Assembly (NCBI RefSeq): GCF_009914755.1
Contig: NC_060925.1
DNA: 64,000 nt
Source of the DNA: the human T2T-CHM13v2.0 reference genome, Homo sapiens
Reading direction: 5' to 3' (one strand)
Shown: positions 61,480-64,000 of the stretch, piece after piece
Numbering within the stretch: the stretch's first letter is position 1
Layout: every line of letters begins with the position of its first letter
The notes under the pieces: model-generated
Databases searched by the model: none
Seen by the model: the letters and a program-made list of their open reading frames with translations, nothing else
Told to the model about the DNA's origin: nothing
Position numbers and translations under genes: made by a program

Positions 61480-62200
61480 GCTTTTACCCTTGAAATTGTA
61501 CACAGTCTATTCTTATGAAGATAAAAGTCTTACCCTCCTCAAACTGATCTCATGCACAACCATAAGAATGATCATCTTAAAACTAATATCTTATTACATC
61601 CACTCTTCCTTTCAAAAATCTGTCAATGGCTTAGCTTCCCATTGCCCATGTTACGAAGAACTCATTTTTGCATTTAAATTAAAGCCTTTCTTTCTCCCCT
61701 GCTCTGCTCTTAATCATTCTTTCACTCCCATTTACTTTTATCTCTTTTCTGCCTGTCTCTCTAGCCTCACCTCTCAACTCATCTTTTCTTCAAAATTTAC
61801 ACCCCAATGACACTAGTATGATTACAGCTCCCTACAAACATAATCTGATTGTTTCTTCTTCATTTCTTTTAGGCTTGCAAAATATTTCCCCTCTTTCTGG
61901 GAAGGGCCTCACCCTTCTCTCGCCTCCAAGATTCCTGCATTCTTGTTGAGTATTGAGCTCATCCGGGAAGCCTGTCCTGAGACTCAGAGGATTGTTGAAG
62001 TGTTCTTTCTTTGTGCTCCCATTTCCTCATTAAAACTGTTATGGAATTGTCATTTTTTTGTTTGTTTACCTACGTCCACCACTAAACAATGATAAGTTTG
62101 GGAGCAGAGATAACGTCTTGTTCCCTTTTGTATCTCCGGTGTTTAGACTATTGCCTGGCACGTAATATGATTTTAGTTTTTAAAATGAAAGAATTAAATC
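61480..62200 (+). mobile_element. L2 fragment
   Basis: Pyrimidine-rich, ending cttgttcccttttgtatctccggtgtttagactattgcctggcacgtaa. Confidence 0.7.
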
Positions 62201-62673
62201 ATTAAACTACATTTATAGTATGCATTTATTCCAACTACTATAAATTTGGTTGAGCACTATCATATAGCTCATAGATTGAATGCTTATCCACAAACGATGT
62301 CATGATAAATTTTATTAGATGCTTTGTTATGCAAAAAGGAAAACACACATTGATTATACCATTCTCTTAGGGGCCACATTAGAAATGATGTTGAGAGAGG
62401 AAATGACATGTGTCTGTTATGCTCCCATATATGGCCTGAGTTGGACACACTCACATGAGACACGATGCGTTGACCTGAACCAAGTACAGAAGACGGATCA
62501 TCTTTTGCCACCTCTCTCCCCTTTTCAGACAGTCCATTTCTGACATGGTTAGTTCTACTGTCCCAGTTTACAGATTCCTCTCCCATTCTCTTGGAAATGA
62601 CTTAATCACAAAAGAAACTTAATAATGGCAACTTCTCAAGCCATGAAAAATGGCCCTCAGAATAGTTCACCTT

Positions 62674-62820
62674 TTTTTTTTATTATACTTTAAGTTTTAG
62701 GGTACATGTGCACAACGTGCAGGTTTGTTACATATGTATACATGTGCCATGATGGTGTGCTGCACCCATTAACTCGTCATTTAGCATTAGGTATATCTCC
62801 TAATGCTATAAAAAAAAAAA
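62674..62820 (-). mobile_element. Short 5'-truncated L1PA3-like insertion (3'UTR end)
   Basis: ttattatactttaagttttagggtacatgtgcacaacgtgcaggtttgttac...; 15-bp TSD agaatagttcacctt / agaattgttcacctt. Confidence 0.95.
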
Positions 62821-63369
62821 AGAATTGTTCACCTTAGTCATTAAATAAGGGCATACTTATCCACCAACTCTCCTTTCTCTTTGGTCAAGGGTTTTTTTTT
62901 TTACTTCCTGGTTTGTCTCACCTCAGAATGTCTGAGTAGGTCCCTATAGGCACCTATGTGGGAGCAGCAGAGAATTCCCAGGGCAAAAAGTAGGAAATAC
63001 GTGATACAGCTGAGGCATAGTATGTGAGGTTGCATTTGCATAGTGGCGGTCAGACCAAACATAGAATAACAAGGTGGACGAGCAAAGATGACCCAGGTAC
63101 AAAAAGTGTCTAATGTAAGCAGTAATAATAGCAGCATTTCTGCTTTTCAGTGGGTAAATGAATGAGATGCTCAGCCTCCCCAGGGCAAGAGAGGGAAAAG
63201 GGGAGCATTGTAGATGAAATAATCATTGAGTTGTACAAAATACCAGCTTCAGCCTCAATGAATTACTATAGTACAGAATGAAATGCTTTGGCAAAGTCAA
63301 TGAATAAAAAGGAGAGATTATTCTATTTCCCTTCCTTGGCATCTTACTTACAGGAATAATTTCATTCTG

Positions 63370-63497
63370 ACTCTGTGTAATGAGGTTTATGACCCTGGGC
63401 AAGTGAGTGACTTGGCTGGGCTCCAATTTCTTCATTTATAAAATGAGATGATCACTGAGTTCCATTAGAGCTCTAACATTAAGATTTTATGAATCTA
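63370..63497 (+). mobile_element. MIR fragment
   Basis: tgaccctgggcaagtgag...caatttcttcatttataaaatgagatga. Confidence 0.7.
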
Positions 63498-63829
63498 TGT
63501 GCACACAATATACTAGAGTTTAAACTCTGAATTTCCAGAACTATGCAAGTCTGTATTATTGCACATGACTGTTCTAATGGATTCTCTACATTTTCCCAGT
63601 GCTTGGAGATCCCACTGCATTTTGGTTTTTCTTCTTCTGTGTGCTGATTATAATGATATATTAATTGCTCTGGAATTTCCTATTTATAGAAAGAAAAGCC
63701 TCTGAAGAATGCATTCAGGAAAAGTGGTTTACATGGATTATATGAAAATCTTAGCATGTATGCCTTTGGAAATACTCACCTATAACTGCCCATTTAATGA
63801 CTAATTTCCAGAGCTTTCTCATCAGAATT

Positions 63830-64000
63830 ACAAATAACACTGAATGCTTTCCCGTGGCCTCCAGGTTGCATATGATCTGAGAGACTAACTCTGCTTCCTC
63901 TCCTCCTTCCACTCTCCCTCCCTTCCCTAATTCTAGCCACACTGGCTCATTTTCTGCACCTTGATCACATTTAGGCTTTCTGCCTTAGTCTTAAAATCAT
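63830..64000 (+). mobile_element. L2 fragment
   Basis: ttctagccacactggctcattttctgcaccttgatcaca. Confidence 0.55.

Overview
This is primate (human-like) AT-rich, CpG-poor nuclear DNA dominated by interspersed repeats. I find no supportable protein-coding gene, RNA gene or CRISPR array; the ORF track is explained by Alu, L1, LTR or low-complexity sequence and chance. Recognisable elements: 16 Alus (many with TSDs); old L1M, L2 and MIR fragments; a short young L1PA insertion; solo LTRs (MLT2, MER4A, MER41A, MER61A, MER39, LTR12, LTR1, MLT1, MST, THE1); a degenerate two-LTR class III provirus (LTR16A/ERV3-16A3-like, 44387-50273); and DNA transposons (near full-length Tigger2, MER47B, MER3, MER5, half MADE1). 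The most notable signals are mutational scars: a ~460-bp L1+Alu fragment patched into an LTR1 (templated-insertion-like), an L1PA3 insertion with an inverted poly(A) at its 5' junction, AT-rich fold-back palindromes, and several near-perfect short tandem duplications. A CpG-retaining MER61A and an LTR12 are the best regulatory candidates. I cannot support a new biological system here. Subfamily names come from recalled consensus sequences and need Dfam/RepeatMasker confirmation; boundaries of old elements are approximate.
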